This document shows positions 28,771 through 43,984 of a stretch of 64,000 bases of DNA, in pieces; the first letter of the stretch is position 1; each line of letters opens with the position of its first letter. The translations under genes and the position numbers were made by a program. Source of the DNA: Octopus vulgaris (Eukaryota); assembly GCA_951406725.2 (NCBI GenBank), contig OX597824.1:70308001-70372000 (forward strand). The letters run 5' to 3'. The notes beneath the pieces are model-generated. The model was not told the DNA's origin, ran no database searches, and was given only the letters and a program-made list of their open reading frames with translations.

Positions 28771-29224
28771 TGTGATACCTGTGCCGGTGGCATGTAAAAA
28801 GCACCATCTGAACGTGGCCGATGCCAGCACCGCCTTGACTGGCTTCTGTGCCGGTGGCATGTAAAAAGCACCAACTGATCGTGGTCGCTGCCAGCCTCCC
28901 CTGGCACCTGTGCCAGTGGCATGTAAAAAGCACCATCCGAACGTGGTCGATGCTAGCGCTGCCTTGACTGGCTTCTGTGTCGGTGGCACGTAACATGCAC
29001 CAACCAATCGTAGCTGCTGCCAGCCTCCCCTGGCACCTGTGCCGGTGGTGCGTAAAAAGCACCTACTACACTCATGGAGTGGTTGGCGTTAAGAAGGGCA
29101 TCCAGCTGTAGAAACACTGCCAGATCAGACTGGAGCCTGGTGCAGCCTCCTGGCTTCCCAGACCCCGGTCGAACCGTCCAACCCATGCTAGCACGGAAAA
29201 CGGACGTTAAACGATGATGATGAT
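28771..29224 (+). mobile_element. Retroposon, family D: internal tandem array plus RTE-type 3' tail ending (GAT)n
   Basis: Five GTGCCGGTGGCAYGTAAAAAGCACC-type units, then GAGTGGTTGGCGTTA.GAAGGGCATCCAGC...CCAACCCATGC.AGCA.GGAAAACGGACGTTAAACGATGATGA. Relatives lie near 5295-5520, 30836-31263, 33716-33960, 50400-50715 (+) and 51000-51230 (-). Confidence 0.75.
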
Positions 29225-30456
29225 ATATACACACACATATAGAGACACACATGCACGCTAGGTAACTCCAGAAATATGAACATAAATATATTCATACAAA
29301 TGCTCATAGATATTATTGAGCCTTATTGACAGAACTTCAACCAGCTAAAAACAGCGATTAAACATCCCTCAAGGGCGTGCAATTTGACTGAGATTTGGTT
29401 GGTATTTCTTGTCTAGCTGATTGTGGTCATGAATCAGAGGCATGGGTGATAAGGAAAAAAATGATAATGGTTAAGTGACGGTGGGGAGGGGGGCTGGCAG
29501 TCGATTGTGGCAGGAGTGGGGGGGGATTGGAGAACAATTGATAAATCAGCTAAGGGGGAGATATGAGAGGGAAAGATAGAGAGAGAGAGAGAGAGGGAGG
29601 GAGAGAAAGAGAGACAGCTTGACAGACAGAGGAAAAGAGAGAAGCTTTGACAGTGGCTGAAGCAGAGGATTTTGGGATTCATACTCATCGTTATAACCAC
29701 TACCACCACCTACGACAGCACCACCAACACCAACACCACCACCACCACAACTACTACAGCAACTACAACAAAGAGGCAATGGTGTCAATCGATAATCAAA
29801 GACTTGATGTCACTTCTATAAATAAATATAGCAATTCTGTGATTTCTAAGAAGTCACCTGTAACTGTTGATGATGGTGGTGCAGGTGGTTGTAGGTGAGA
29901 GGGTGATGCTCTTCATTGCAAGATAATCTTCGACAAAAGGTCTCACTCACTGTCTTTCGTTTTCTCTTTCTCTCTTGTTTTCTCTCTCTCTCACTTTCAC
30001 TCTCTTTCTTGCTCTCTCTCTCTCTCTCTCTCTCTCTTCTCGCTCTTTGTATTGTTCTCTGATGCTCTTTCACACACTCATATATGCACATGTTTGTGTG
30101 TATTTATGTGCATACATATGGGTGAGTATACGAGTGTATAGGGTGTGTGGGGGGGAGGGTGCATAGTACTTTGACACAGGCGTGGCTGAACAGTTAAGAA
30201 GTTTATTCCACATTCCTGAAGTCCAAGGTTCAATACTAGTGTGTAGAAGGAACTTTTATCAACCTTACCCTAACATATTACCTCCTAATAATTGAAATTA
30301 AAAAGGCAGAAAATGCACCCTTAATTCAAAGGGCCAACCTTGTCCCCACTTCCATACACACACATATAAACTATGTCATATTGCTTCTGTTTGAGTATTA
30401 CAATTTGAGTACATGCACTAGAAAATCCATAGTATTGCTTGATTATCTTAAGGAGG

Positions 30457-31478
30457 GGTTGGTTCTCAACCCTTTTTTATCTATGGACCCCTTTGATTAC
30501 TATTTTATTCTGCTGGATCCCTGCCCCACTGCAGAGCCATTCGATGGTTAAAGACTAGTTTTATAGAATGCTATTTATTAATTCTAGGTATTGACCTGTC
30601 ATCAGCGTACGACAATCACCGGTTTTCACTTAGGTTGACGAGGGAAGGGTGACCTCCCTTTGCAAATACATTAAGGGCACAGAAAGTGTGCCTAAAGCCA
30701 GCTGGAGACCATGTTCTCCTGGGGCTACAAGCTACAGTAACACCCACCCTTAGTGGTTAGCCATATTGAGATGGCAACTGTTTATACCTCGTTCAGAGAT
30801 TTATTATTGCTATTTATTAATAACAGAGCACCCAGTACACTGTTAAGTGGTTGGCATTAAGGAAGGGCATCCAACCATAAAAAAAAACAATACCACAGCA
30901 AACAGTTGGAGTCTGGACAGCTCCCTGCTAACTAGCTCCATGTCAAACTGTCTCCCTGCTAGCCAAGTCAAACCATCAAACCCATGACAGCATGGAATGG
31001 GAATGTTAACCCTTTAGCATTTAAACCGGCCATATCCGGCCAAAAGTATTCTGCCTGTTTTATGTTCAAAATGGCCAGATCTGGTCTCTCACACCAACCC
31101 TACAATATCATTTTAAAAATTAACAGCTACCTCATCAAAATCTCAAAGCTACAAGATAATGCCTGATTAGTTCAAAACAGTGTGGATAAAAAAGCATTAA
31201 TTTTGGCAGATTAATGCGGACACTAAAGGGTTAAACAATGATGGTGATGATGATGATGATGATGTGTAGGTTGAACTATGTAGAATGATAGAGAAAGAAA
31301 CCTAGATGTTTCTTGTAATACATACCACTACATACATCTAAAGCTACATACATCAAAATTTTTTTCAACGGCACTTAAAATACTATTGTGGACCCCTGAT
31401 TTACAATTTTAGTCTGTGGACCCCACAAAATCTTATATGGACCCTCAGGGACCATTTGGAACCTGTCTGAGAACTACT
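30457..31478. mobile_element. hAT-like MITE split by nested insertions
   Basis: Left end TGGTTCTCAACC...GGACCCC and right end GGACCCC...TGAGAACTACTG resemble CAGTGGTTCTCAAC-type hAT termini. Confidence 0.55.
31010..31230. mobile_element. piggyBac-like MITE, 221 bp
   Basis: TTAA-CCCTTTAG...CTAAAGGG-TTAA, i.e. TIRs with a TTAA target duplication. Confidence 0.85.
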
Positions 31479-31624
31479 GAAATTTTTCGGCTGGCTACGG
31501 CCGGGTTAGTATCAAAAGGGTTAAGCATCAACATCATCATTTTTGTGGTTATTTCAGTATGTTTTTATATTTTTTTTTTTTCCTCCCCATGGAATGGAGA
31601 AGAGACCCACAAAAACTACATTAA

Positions 31625-31845
31625 CCCTTTAGCATTCAGATTATTCTTATCAAATGTAATGATTATTTATTCACATTGTTTTGAATTAATCACGCATTAT
31701 CTCATAGTTTCAAAATTTCAATGATGTGATTGTATATTTTTAGAATGACAATGTAGAGTTGGTGTGAGAGGGTAGATCTGGCCAGTTTCTGCATAAAACT
31801 GATAGAATATTTAGACTGGACATGGCTGGTTTAAATGCTACAGGG
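31625..31845. mobile_element. Second piggyBac-like MITE, inverted relative to 31010-31230
   Basis: TTAA-CCCTTTAGCA...TGCTACAGGG; the internal sequence is a diverged reverse complement of the first copy. Confidence 0.75.
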
Positions 31846-32316
31846 TAAAAGTGGTACATTTCTAAGTTTACAGTTAAGGTAACCACATTGGTTTTATGGT
31901 TGAGCTGTAGGTTACAGGTATAAATGTGAAGGGAGATAAATGTGTGACAAGAGGAGGAAGTAAAAACAGAAACTAAAACAATAAAAAAAAACAACATAGA
32001 TATTATGTCATGTCTTTACTCACACAGCAAAAATAGATTTTAAAATAAAAATGAAAATAAGAATTCTCTTAAGTAAACAATTGAACAAATAATAATCAAA
32101 AATAAAATAAGTAAATAAAACTGAATAATAACCAATACAATAGAGAAAGATTGATTAGTTAAAAAAATTCTTGGACTTTAGACATATTAAATAAAAAAAA
32201 ATAAAAAAACAAGATGGTAACAACAACAAGACAGGCTATCATGATTCTATGTTCATGGAAATTGAAATTGTAACCATTTGAATCAAAAACATATTCAAGA
32301 ATAATAATTTAATGGC

Positions 32317-32436
32317 TTGCATTACAGACATGTGATTGTAATGTCGCAGAAAGGAATCACAAGATGGATTCTTCAAGCCGAGCCAACTGGCAGGAGACCA
32401 AGAGGTAGAGCAAGGATGAGATGGTTGGATCAGTGT
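32317..32436 (+). pseudogene. RTE-like LINE ORF C-terminal fragment
   Basis: HVIVMSQKGITRWILQAEPTGRRPRGRARMRWLDQ matches the G.RPRGRP..RW.D pattern. Confidence 0.6.
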
Positions 32437-34533
32437 ATAAATGTGTGTGTGTGTAGGAATATAATACACACACACAGACACACACATATATATGAATATA
32501 ATATGAATAAATATAATATATAATACAGATATATATAATATATAACATAAAATATATATACATATATATACATACACACACATACACATATATACATATA
32601 CATGAATATAATTAGCAAGTGTATATCTGTGTAGGTGTGAAGTGGTACATGGCTTAGGGGTTAGGATATAATAATAATGAAATTATTGTATACAGTGCTC
32701 AGGTGCACCACAACTTGTCGTTGGACTGATAATTGTAAGATTGTGGCTGTGTTCATGAGCAAAACACTTCATTTCACATTGCTACAGTCCACTTTGAGTT
32801 CAAATCACACCAAGGTTGAGGTTACCTTTCACTGCTTGTGAAGGTTGGGAGAAGGTTTGATAAAACACCAGTAATATACCAAGGAAGAGTGTTCAGTAAA
32901 AGCAACTACCCAACACCTGACCCCGATAAAATCAATAACTAATTGATTATCTATTAACTGATATTTCTGATCATCAAAAAGTCAATTGTATCTATTTATC
33001 CTCTGTATTAAATTCAAACTGTGATATTTACTAGAGTAAAGAGTTATCTTGATTATAATATGACCTCAAATTCTTTCATCAGAAAACCAGGAAATATATA
33101 TATTTTTTATCCACCAGGTATTGTGTAAAGGTATGTAAAGGTGAAGCTATGGTAAATAGGTGCAGTCATGGCCTATAAGTATAGATGTGGACATGTAGTT
33201 AAGAATCTTGTTTCTAAAGCCATGTGGTTTTTAGGTTCATTCCCTGAGCATGGTACCTGGGTCAAGTGTATTCTACTACATCTGTAGGATGACCCAAGGC
33301 TTTTGAGTGGATTCACAGGCAGAAACTGAAAGAAGTCCCTCCCTGTATACTAATATTGAAGCATATAAGCCCTCAATGGAAAAAAGTAGGGTTTCTGTCA
33401 AGGGCTTATATGCCTCAAAATGCTTGGAGACAAGAAGGGTATCTAACTGCAAAAAAAAAAAAAAAACTCTGCCTCATCACCCATGCAAGGATGGAAAAAG
33501 TTAAAATGTTGAAACGGTGACGATGATGATGATGATGATGGCGATGTTGCTATTTTCTAATCCCAAACATTCGCCAAGTGCAATAATTCTAGCAATCAAT
33601 TTTGACAGGGACATTTTTTGTATAAAATTATTCACATCATTTACAAATAAAAGATTGCTGTCAAGCTAAGTAAAATCGCTAATCAACCTTACATACAGGC
33701 TTCTCCTTTACAGGTGGTGGCGCCATGTAAAATGCACTCATGCCAGTATTGTGTAAATGCACCCATGCTAGTGGCATGTACAAAGCATGCAGCAGACTTT
33801 GTAAAGTGGTTGGCATTAGGAAGGGTTCCCCGCCAAAGAAACCATGCCACAACAGACAATTGAGTCTGGACAGTTAGTCTCCCTGACTTGCCAGCTCCTG
33901 TCAAACTGTCCAACCCATGCCAGCATGAAAAGCAGACGTTAAATGACGACGATGACGTGGACGACGGTGACGTCAACGATGATGGTGATAGTAGCAACAT
34001 CTTGCCACTCGCCCAGACTCAGCACAATCAGATCAACGAATCCAACGGTTAACATTCATTAAAGGAGATCTTTTAGTAAAACGGTCAATAACCACAATAA
34101 TTCGTGTCAGGTGATAGTTGTTTGATTCCACAATTTATCGAGGATATTGACACAGATTTTTCACAACGAAGGCAAGCGTGCATAGTAGATCTAACGACAC
34201 CGAAGCAAGAATGAGACTCGGCTTTAATGAACGTATGTGTTACATCACTGAGCACTTCCTCGTTATTACCCGGCATCGCATGTCATTTTCTTATTGATCC
34301 TCCCTCTTTTTTCTTTCTTGTTTTCTCGTGATCAAAGTACAGACTATCATTCCCAAATTATAATTGACACAGAATTCATTTGTAAACTGTGGTCAATGTC
34401 CAACTCAAATATGTCTATACACAAAACTAAACCAACATACATGTAACACTGCACCCATCAACACACACATGTTCAAACGCACACACACACACATTATATG
34501 CTATTAAATTTCACACACTAATCTCAGTTTTAC

Positions 34534-34587
<54 letters not shown>

Positions 34588-34613
34588 GTGTGTATATATA
34601 TATATATGTAAAC

Positions 34614-34703
<90 letters not shown>

Positions 34704-34730
34704 TACATATATAAATAGATATACATATAT

Positions 34731-34766
<36 letters not shown>

Positions 34767-34858
34767 AAGGGATAAATACATATATATATACATATACATA
34801 TATATACATATATAAATATATACAAATACACAGATATATATGAGTACATATACATATA

Positions 34859-34932
<74 letters not shown>

Positions 34933-35690
34933 TGTATGTATGTACGTATGCATGTATATATGTATGTGTGTGTGTATAAGTTTGTATGGCTGTTTTGAGT
35001 ATATGCATGTATCCGCCCGGTATGTGTATTTAAAATAAATCTTTATTTCCATCTATGTATTGAGATTTTCATCCAGTTAATGATTTGCTTGTTTTTGCTA
35101 TCATATATCAATAAAAGTAGTTATCCATCACCTAATATATGTATGTGTGTGTGTATATATATATATATACATACACACACACACACATATATATATACAA
35201 ACACACACTCACAAGAAATAGATACATATGCACACACACATATACCCGTACACACTCACATACATACATACACACGCATACATAAATACACATCTTTATA
35301 GAGCTATATAGTAAGAAACGTAAAACGTCAAAAACAATAAGAAAAAGAGTCTACTTTACAATATAAACTACACATATATATCTTGAACCTTGAACTCTGA
35401 AGCTATATTTTACGTCCGTCAGCAGTCTATAATTAAAAATACAGTCAGAATTAAGGCAGAGATCAATAAAGTCAATTTTATAGGAATTATTGAATTATCT
35501 TGGCAATATGATGATAATAATATTAATAATAATAATAATGATAATAATAATAATAATAATAAATGGACATCGATGCGACGGAAGCACTTGGCTGTTTCGT
35601 CTTAATTGAAATAAGGAAAAAAAATGTGTGAGTGTATGTGTGTGTATTTATGTATCTATTTATCTGTCTATTTTTCTATCTATCTACATA

Positions 35691-35726
<36 letters not shown>

Positions 35727-36939
35727 ATTTTATAGTCAACGGATGAGTTCCAGAAATTCTCAGAATAGAAGACAGTAGTGCTCAAACAATTCAAACTTGG
35801 ACACTGATGTCTTTACAGGGGATCACTTTCACAGGATAAAGAACGGCTATAAGAAGGATCAAGTTGAGCAGATATGGAAGCAGTTATGCAGATAAACAAG
35901 TTAGCTATATTAATCATAGGAGTCGATGTGACTTCATTGATTTCTGCCTTAATTCTCTATATAAATTTACACACACACACACATACATACATATATGCAT
36001 ATATAAACCATATAAGTCAATATGAGAGGTGAATATTTATATTTATTTTACTACTTGACAACATCCTTAGGGTTACAGTCGTTTCACAACCTTGCTCATG
36101 TCATATTAATTTCAGTGTGTAAGAAATATGCTTACATTTTTGTAATAATATGTATGCTCTGCATTATACAATACAATTGCATAAGAAAAGCATACACTCT
36201 GCATGGGATATTAACTAGAAGAAAGTAGGATGAGAGGAACAGAAAGGAAAAAGATGACAGAGAGAGAGAAAGAGTAAGAACAAATGAGAATGTCAGCTAT
36301 AACTGTTGTTGTTGATGTCTAATCCAAGGAGAACCATGATCCAGTGGATTTTATCATTCAATCTATTCCAATCATGATCATTTGACATTTCCTTCTTACT
36401 TCAGACATTATCTATAACCACAATATTCCAATCTGTCTTATTTCTTGAACACTGTAGAATAAGAATTAAAGGAGATTTGGCTGCAATTTCAAGTATATCA
36501 AACGTCTACATAAGGGCACTGTCTCTCATTGGCTCATAGATGCTATCAGTGAGGGAGGGGTGGCTGTCCCTCTTATGGTCCCTCTTTAGCTCTACTTTTT
36601 TCCTTTTTTTCTTCTTTCTTTTCTCTTATTTATTGATTCTCTTACTGGGCTATGTTTGCAGTCTGAAAATTTCACAGTCCAACAGGCATTCCAGAATGTG
36701 TCCATACTTCTTATCTTTTCTCTCCTCCCTCATATAATTTCTTCCCTCTTGCAGTGACAATGAGTACAGGCATTAACAATAACAGAAAATAGATTAAACA
36801 ATACTGGGGGCGAGTTACTTCCCACATCGGCTGCCAATCAAATATCAATGTGATTTCAGCAACAAATATGTATTATTTATATGTATATATATATTGATAT
36901 AGATGTGTGTGTATGTATGTATGTATGTATGTATGTATG

Positions 36940-36983
<44 letters not shown>

Positions 36984-37724
36984 TATATGTCTCTGTCTGT
37001 ATCAATCTAACTATATAAATATACATACTACACTATGTGATATGCACAGCAAGTGTTGTTACATAAAATGGATTTGCACAGTACCCAATGTCACTTGACA
37101 AATCAATATTACATGACCAACTCTACTAACTGAATAAATGGAATGGTCTGTCATTGAGAAAACTATTGGTATTCTTCATAATAACCCTTCAAGTGAAATA
37201 CATGCTCGAGTGCTTCTCAGTGAATAACCACAACCGTTGAGTCCTACAACATTTGATATATGCATATATAAATCTCCTTTCTCTACCTTTTTCACACCTG
37301 GTCCTGAATTCTTTGTGTCTCATTGTCTTGTTATTTGTTCTTTTCTAATCCTTTAGGATGCCTTCTAAGCATTACCTACCATTCTTGTCCTTTCGGCCCT
37401 GAGGCAATATTTTGCTCTCATTTCTTTTTTGGTTCATCTTCGCTTGTTTTTTGCTTGTTTTGTCTTTGTCAATGACCTGAATTACATTTATTCACTTTTG
37501 GATGTCCATTCTGTATTTGTTTTGGTTGCTCTTGGTCTTATATTCTCCAAAAACTTTCATAAGCACCACCAGCATGGGAAGTTCTATCTTATCAATGAAG
37601 ATGCAATTTTGAGTAACACCATCTGGTTGATAATTCATGTAGAATTACGGAATTTCTGTGTCTTGTCACCCATCCGATTGTACACTTTTTACCCTTTCGT
37701 TTATCTACAACACATTTTTTCATT

Positions 37725-37760
<36 letters not shown>

Positions 37761-38170
37761 TGTGTAGGCATATAAAACTGAATAGAAACAGAAGGATCAG
37801 TTAAAACAACAGAAACTGTATTTTCACTAAAACAGCAGAAACTGTATTTTCACTGTCCATGTCTACCTTGGCCAAGCCTTCGGACAACGGAAATAAATGT
37901 GTCATTCATACAGATTGGACACACACATGAATGGAAACAGATGCACAGGAAACTTAGTAAGCAAAGAGAAGAAACGAATATACTTAAATACACACACACA
38001 CACATACGCATACACATACAAATGGATAGCAGAAGCAATCCTCAATGATATGACTATTACTGACCATCCCATTCTCTCTCTCTCTCTTTCTCTCACTCTC
38101 TCTACATACATATATGTATACACACACACACACATACGTAAGTACGTACGTATGTATGTTTGTATGTATG

Positions 38171-38209
<39 letters not shown>

Positions 38210-38508
38210 ATTTGCATGTATGTGTATATATACATAAATATACATGCAACATATAAATAGAAACATACGTATGTACATCTACATATATATACTTATATGC
38301 GTGTATCTACACATAAATACTTTATATATATACGTGCGCAAACACACATACATTCACTCATAGATAGATAGATAGACATACATATATATAAATACACACA
38401 TACACACATATACATACACACACACACACATATATATACATATAAAGAGAGAGAGAGAGATTTATATATGAGTGTGTATGTACCTTCTTTTCCCTTCTCT
38501 CTCTCTTT

Positions 38509-38586
<78 letters not shown>

Positions 38587-38736
38587 TTTATATGAGTGTG
38601 TACGTACCTTCTTCCCCTTCTCTCTCTCTCTTTCCATATATATATATATATATATTACACACACACACACACAGTAGAATATGCCCATATGTATGTATAT
38701 ACAGAGGTATGAATGAGTATCTATAAATTCATATAT

Positions 38737-38769
<33 letters not shown>

Positions 38770-38771
38770 CA

Positions 38772-38807
<36 letters not shown>

Positions 38808-39567
38808 GATATATGTGTTTGTGTGCACGTATGTATATGAGCATAAATGCATGTATAATTTATGTATTTAAAACTAAGTGTAGCTGCAGACATAAATGAC
38901 ACACTTAAAGCGAATCAAACGAAAGGAGTACTTAGTCCTACATCCATTACTCTTCTTTGATTCTCTTTCATGTGTATCCTTTGTATAAACTACATTCACA
39001 CTTTGGTTTAAGCACAGAAGCACCCCTGTTTTACTTGCCATCATAAAATGGTCTGTCATTCCGCTTAATAATCCGGCAGTGTCAGTGTGTGGAGATGAGC
39101 TTGGACGAGTGCGTGCGTGTGTGTGTGTGTGTGTTTTGTGTGTAGGTGTGTGTTTACGTGTGTGTGTGTAGGATTGACCTTTTGTATGTTTGTTTGTGTG
39201 TGTGTGTGTGTGTGAGTCGAATATACGTGGATTGGTATGGATGCAGCTTATATATGTATATATACACACATGCACACACATATATACGGATAAACACACA
39301 CACAGAGATAGATACAGATAGATAGAGAGAGAGACATTTTTATACATACACACACATACATGTAGATATATGTATATACATTTGTTTTATACATATGTTT
39401 GTGTATATCTGTACATATAAATAGATAGACAGATATGTGTAGATGCATAGATATGTAGATATATATGTATATATACCTATGTATGTAGATATATATATAT
39501 ATATATATATATAAACATATGTACACATATTTGTATATATACATATAGATATATACATATAAAAATT

Positions 39568-39616
<49 letters not shown>

Positions 39617-39634
39617 CAATATATATATGTCTAC

Positions 39635-39669
<35 letters not shown>

Positions 39670-39749
39670 GAAGAAGAGAGACAGACTGAATGAACGCAAG
39701 AGTGTAAGAGAACAAGAGAGAGAGATACATACACACTCACACACACACG

Positions 39750-39794
<45 letters not shown>

Positions 39795-40226
39795 TCCACC
39801 ATGTTCTGTAACTTCAAAGCAGTAGCAGAACCATTCCATAGTCTACCAAATATATCTTCTTAATACCGTTTCCATTGTATTTTGTCATTCTCATTCTTGC
39901 ACAAATAACAGACACACAATAATGCATACATCCCTTTCTACTACAATTCCTCTAATTCCGGGTAGAAATACCCCAATTCATGTTGGATATATATTGCTGC
40001 ACTTAATACCTAAGGAACCGTACATATAAATATATATATGTATGTAGATATGTGTGGAGGGGGAATGTGTTTATAGTGAGATGAAAGTGAAACAAGCTTA
40101 GTATTATAGATAACAGGGTGCAGTGTTCAAATGGATGGGAAATTAAATTCTATAATCTGGATTTTGTACTCCATGTATACATACATCTCAAGCCTATCTG
40201 CCTTTATGTACCTTGCTACTTAAATA

Positions 40227-40259
<33 letters not shown>

Positions 40260-40433
40260 CTGATAGGTATCCATGCACAAAAGTCTTGGCTTTTGAGTCT
40301 GTTGCTTCTGCTAAATATGAAGAGAAATACACATATACTCATATTTTTTTTAGTTCTATTTTTTGCTCCTTGCACCATGATATCTATATGTGTATATATT
40401 TGTATGTATATACACACACATATATATATACAT

Positions 40434-40496
<63 letters not shown>

Positions 40497-40702
40497 CACA
40501 CACACACACATATATATACACAATGATATATATACACAGAGATTATATATATGCACATATATATATATACACATACATACATATATATATATATACTTAT
40601 ATACATATATATATATATATATACATACTTGTATACATACATATATATATATAGTTATATATATATACTTATATACATATATATATATATATACATACTT
40701 GT

Positions 40703-40733
<31 letters not shown>

Positions 40734-41431
40734 CATACTTGTATACATACATATATATGTATACGAACTTGTATACATGCATATATATGTATACGAACTT
40801 GTATACATGCACATATATATGTATACATACACACATAAACATATATATACATACACACACGTGTTACATACTGACCCAACAAGTGCTGTTAACACACAGA
40901 AAAAGAAAGCACACATTGAAGTGGTTGGTGTTAGAAAGGGCATCCAGTCACTTAAAACCTTGTCGCTGTAGACATTGGTGACAATGACTAGTCAGATCCT
41001 GCAAGTCTCCACCCACTTCACATATCACGCATGGCATATGGCCATCAAGCGATGATGATGATGGTGATATATACATATATACTGATTTCAAATTTTGGCA
41101 GAGGCCCAGCAATTTCAGGGAAATTACATCACCCCCAGAGTTCAACTGGTACTTATTTTATCAACCTTGAAAGGATGAAAGGCAGAGCAAATCTCAGTAG
41201 AATTCAAACTCAGATCGTTAAAAAAAAGACGAAATGCCATTAAGCATTTCACCTGGCATGCAAAAAATTCTGCCAGCTTGCCGACGCCTTCATGTGCCTT
41301 CATATATTAATCTTTCGTACACTAAGTCCCTGCATGTATGTAGAAAGTTGACTAAAAGAGGTAACAAACAGACAATGATATGCACTATACAACACCATCT
41401 TTAAAAAATCCAGTGCAATGCCATATACATA

Positions 41432-41468
<37 letters not shown>

Positions 41469-41472
41469 TGTA

Positions 41473-41930
41473 CAGGTCATCATCGATTTACGACCTATCC
41501 GATTTACGACTAGTCTACTTTACAACGATAGGCAGGCCAGCTCCCAGTAGCAATAAGAAATAGTCCAGTTGAAATCTTATGGGTTTAATTTCTTAGAAAT
41601 TAACCCATCTACAGATGATGTCAGCTAACAAATGTTTCCCCTAGGCTTGGTTATCAATCACCACTGTGTTGAATGATTATCCAGTCATGAAGACATCGAG
41701 GCAACCTCATATTTGTTTATGAAACAACTGCTCGAGACTCCCAAACTTTTGACCAATGCCAGTATAATAGTATAATACAGAATGCTGTGTGTGACTTTTA
41801 CCTGAGAATGTACCTTAAGAATATAAAAATATAAAACAAAGCTATGTAGACCTACAGGCCAACTTACAACCAAATCGGCTGATGACCAGTCAACTGGAAC
41901 CAATTGTGGTCGTAAATCAACGATGACCTG
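41473..41930. mobile_element. pogo/Tigger-like MITE, 458 bp
   Basis: TIRs CAGGTCATCATCGATTTACGACC / GGTCGTAAATCAACGATGACCTG, flanked by TA on both sides. Confidence 0.85.
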
Positions 41931-42296
41931 TATATTATTTCAGGAGTTTTCCCTCATTCATCAGCACCCATCCAAGCCTTTTAAAAAATCCAGTATGAAT
42001 GGCACAAAGCCTACTCGCAGCCTGTGTGTGTATATATCAATGACCATTATTATCAGCATCATATGCATTGATCCCTTTTTTTCCATGCATTCAGGGATCA
42101 AATGGAGTTCACTGAGGCAGGTTTTCTATACCAAGATGCCCATCGCATTACTTTATCTGTTTCCCACCCAGCGAGTTAACATTTCCCCCATTACCAGACA
42201 CCATTCACTATTTTTGCAGAAAGCCTGGAAACAAAGTGATACCACTTGTGTACATGCATATGCTACATACACGTACTGTAAAATGTGTACTTCTAC

Positions 42297-42348
<52 letters not shown>

Positions 42349-42399
42349 ATGTGTGTGTGTGTATATATATGTATATATGTGTATATATATGTATATATG

Positions 42400-42436
<37 letters not shown>

Positions 42437-42543
42437 GTATATATGTATATATATGTATGTATGTATATATGTATATATATATATGTGTATGTATATATGT
42501 GTATATATATATATATGTATATATATATGTATATATGTATCTA

Positions 42544-42614
<71 letters not shown>

Positions 42615-43019
42615 GTGCATGCAAATATATACATGTGTGTGCATACACACACACACACATATTATATATATGATGCATGTATATATGTGTGTGTGTATAT
42701 GCACACGCACACACATGAAGCAAGCCAAGATGCGTAGCACGTATGTGCGCCTCTGTGTGACATCATACGTACATATCACATAATGATATTGAATAAATGA
42801 TAAACTCTCCCTCCATGCTTGTGACTATTGATTGAAATTCTTATTATGACTGTTATTATTTATGTCGTCGTCACCCTCACCACCATCATCATCATAAGCC
42901 TTATTATTATTATTGTTGTTGTTGTTGTTATTATTATTGATTTTTCTCAAAGCCATGAATATTTCGTTAAGATATATTAATTTCTCTTTTCATCTGCATT
43001 TCATATTTTCTCCAGTCGA

Positions 43020-43531
43020 ACATATTATCATCATCCGACGACCAACTCCAGCCCCACCCCACCCTCCCCCACCCACCCACCCATCCACCCGTCCACCCAC
43101 CACCATCACTGGCAACGACGACGGCGGACACCACCACCACCACCGCCGCCGCCATTGTTCTTACAACCGAACATCACTCCACGTCATCATTTCCCCACTC
43201 CACGCACCACCATCATCATCATCATCAGCATCGTCATCAGTACTACAACCGACATCGTCAGCAAGTCTGCTGCAACCGCTACATCCATTCGTCATCCACC
43301 ATCACCGTATCCTCTTGTAATACTACAAAGTAATATCAGTACCATCACTACCTTCACAATCATCATCATCATCATTATCATCATCATCATCATGACTAGC
43401 ATCGTCATCATTACTGCTGCCACCCCTATCATCATCATCATCACCATCACCACCACCACCACCACCATCACCACCACCACCACTACCACCATCATCAGCA
43501 TCATCATAATCAGTTGCCAATCTCATCAACG

Positions 43532-43574
<43 letters not shown>

Positions 43575-43815
43575 CAACATCACTACCAGCATCATCATTA
43601 TGATCATCACCACTACCACCACCACCACCAACACCAACACCATCTTCATCACTATCACCAACCTCACCATCATCAGCACCACAACCACCACGAACAGCAT
43701 CATCACCAACGCTACCATCACTTGCAGCACTGCCACTCCCACCATCACCACACTCATCATAACCACCACCTCCACCATCATCATCACCCTCATCACCACC
43801 ACGTCCACCACCATC
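43020..43815. repeat. Degenerate (CAT/CAC/TAT)n low-complexity tract
   Basis: Directly visible; source of the poly-H/I/T pseudo-ORFs. Confidence 0.9.
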
Positions 43816-43931
43816 TTCCTGGTTATGCTTTAATCTAATCTGTTAAGTTACAATTCCTGCTGATGCTTGCCCACTCCAGTTATTACATCCAATAATGCTA
43901 CTATATCGATATATATATGTGTGTGTGTGTG

Positions 43932-43984
<53 letters not shown>

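Noticed and set aside
28780-29063. CRISPR-like 25-bp repeats with ~40-bp spacers
   Set aside because: The spacers alternate ABAB and the array is internal to a dispersed retroposon.
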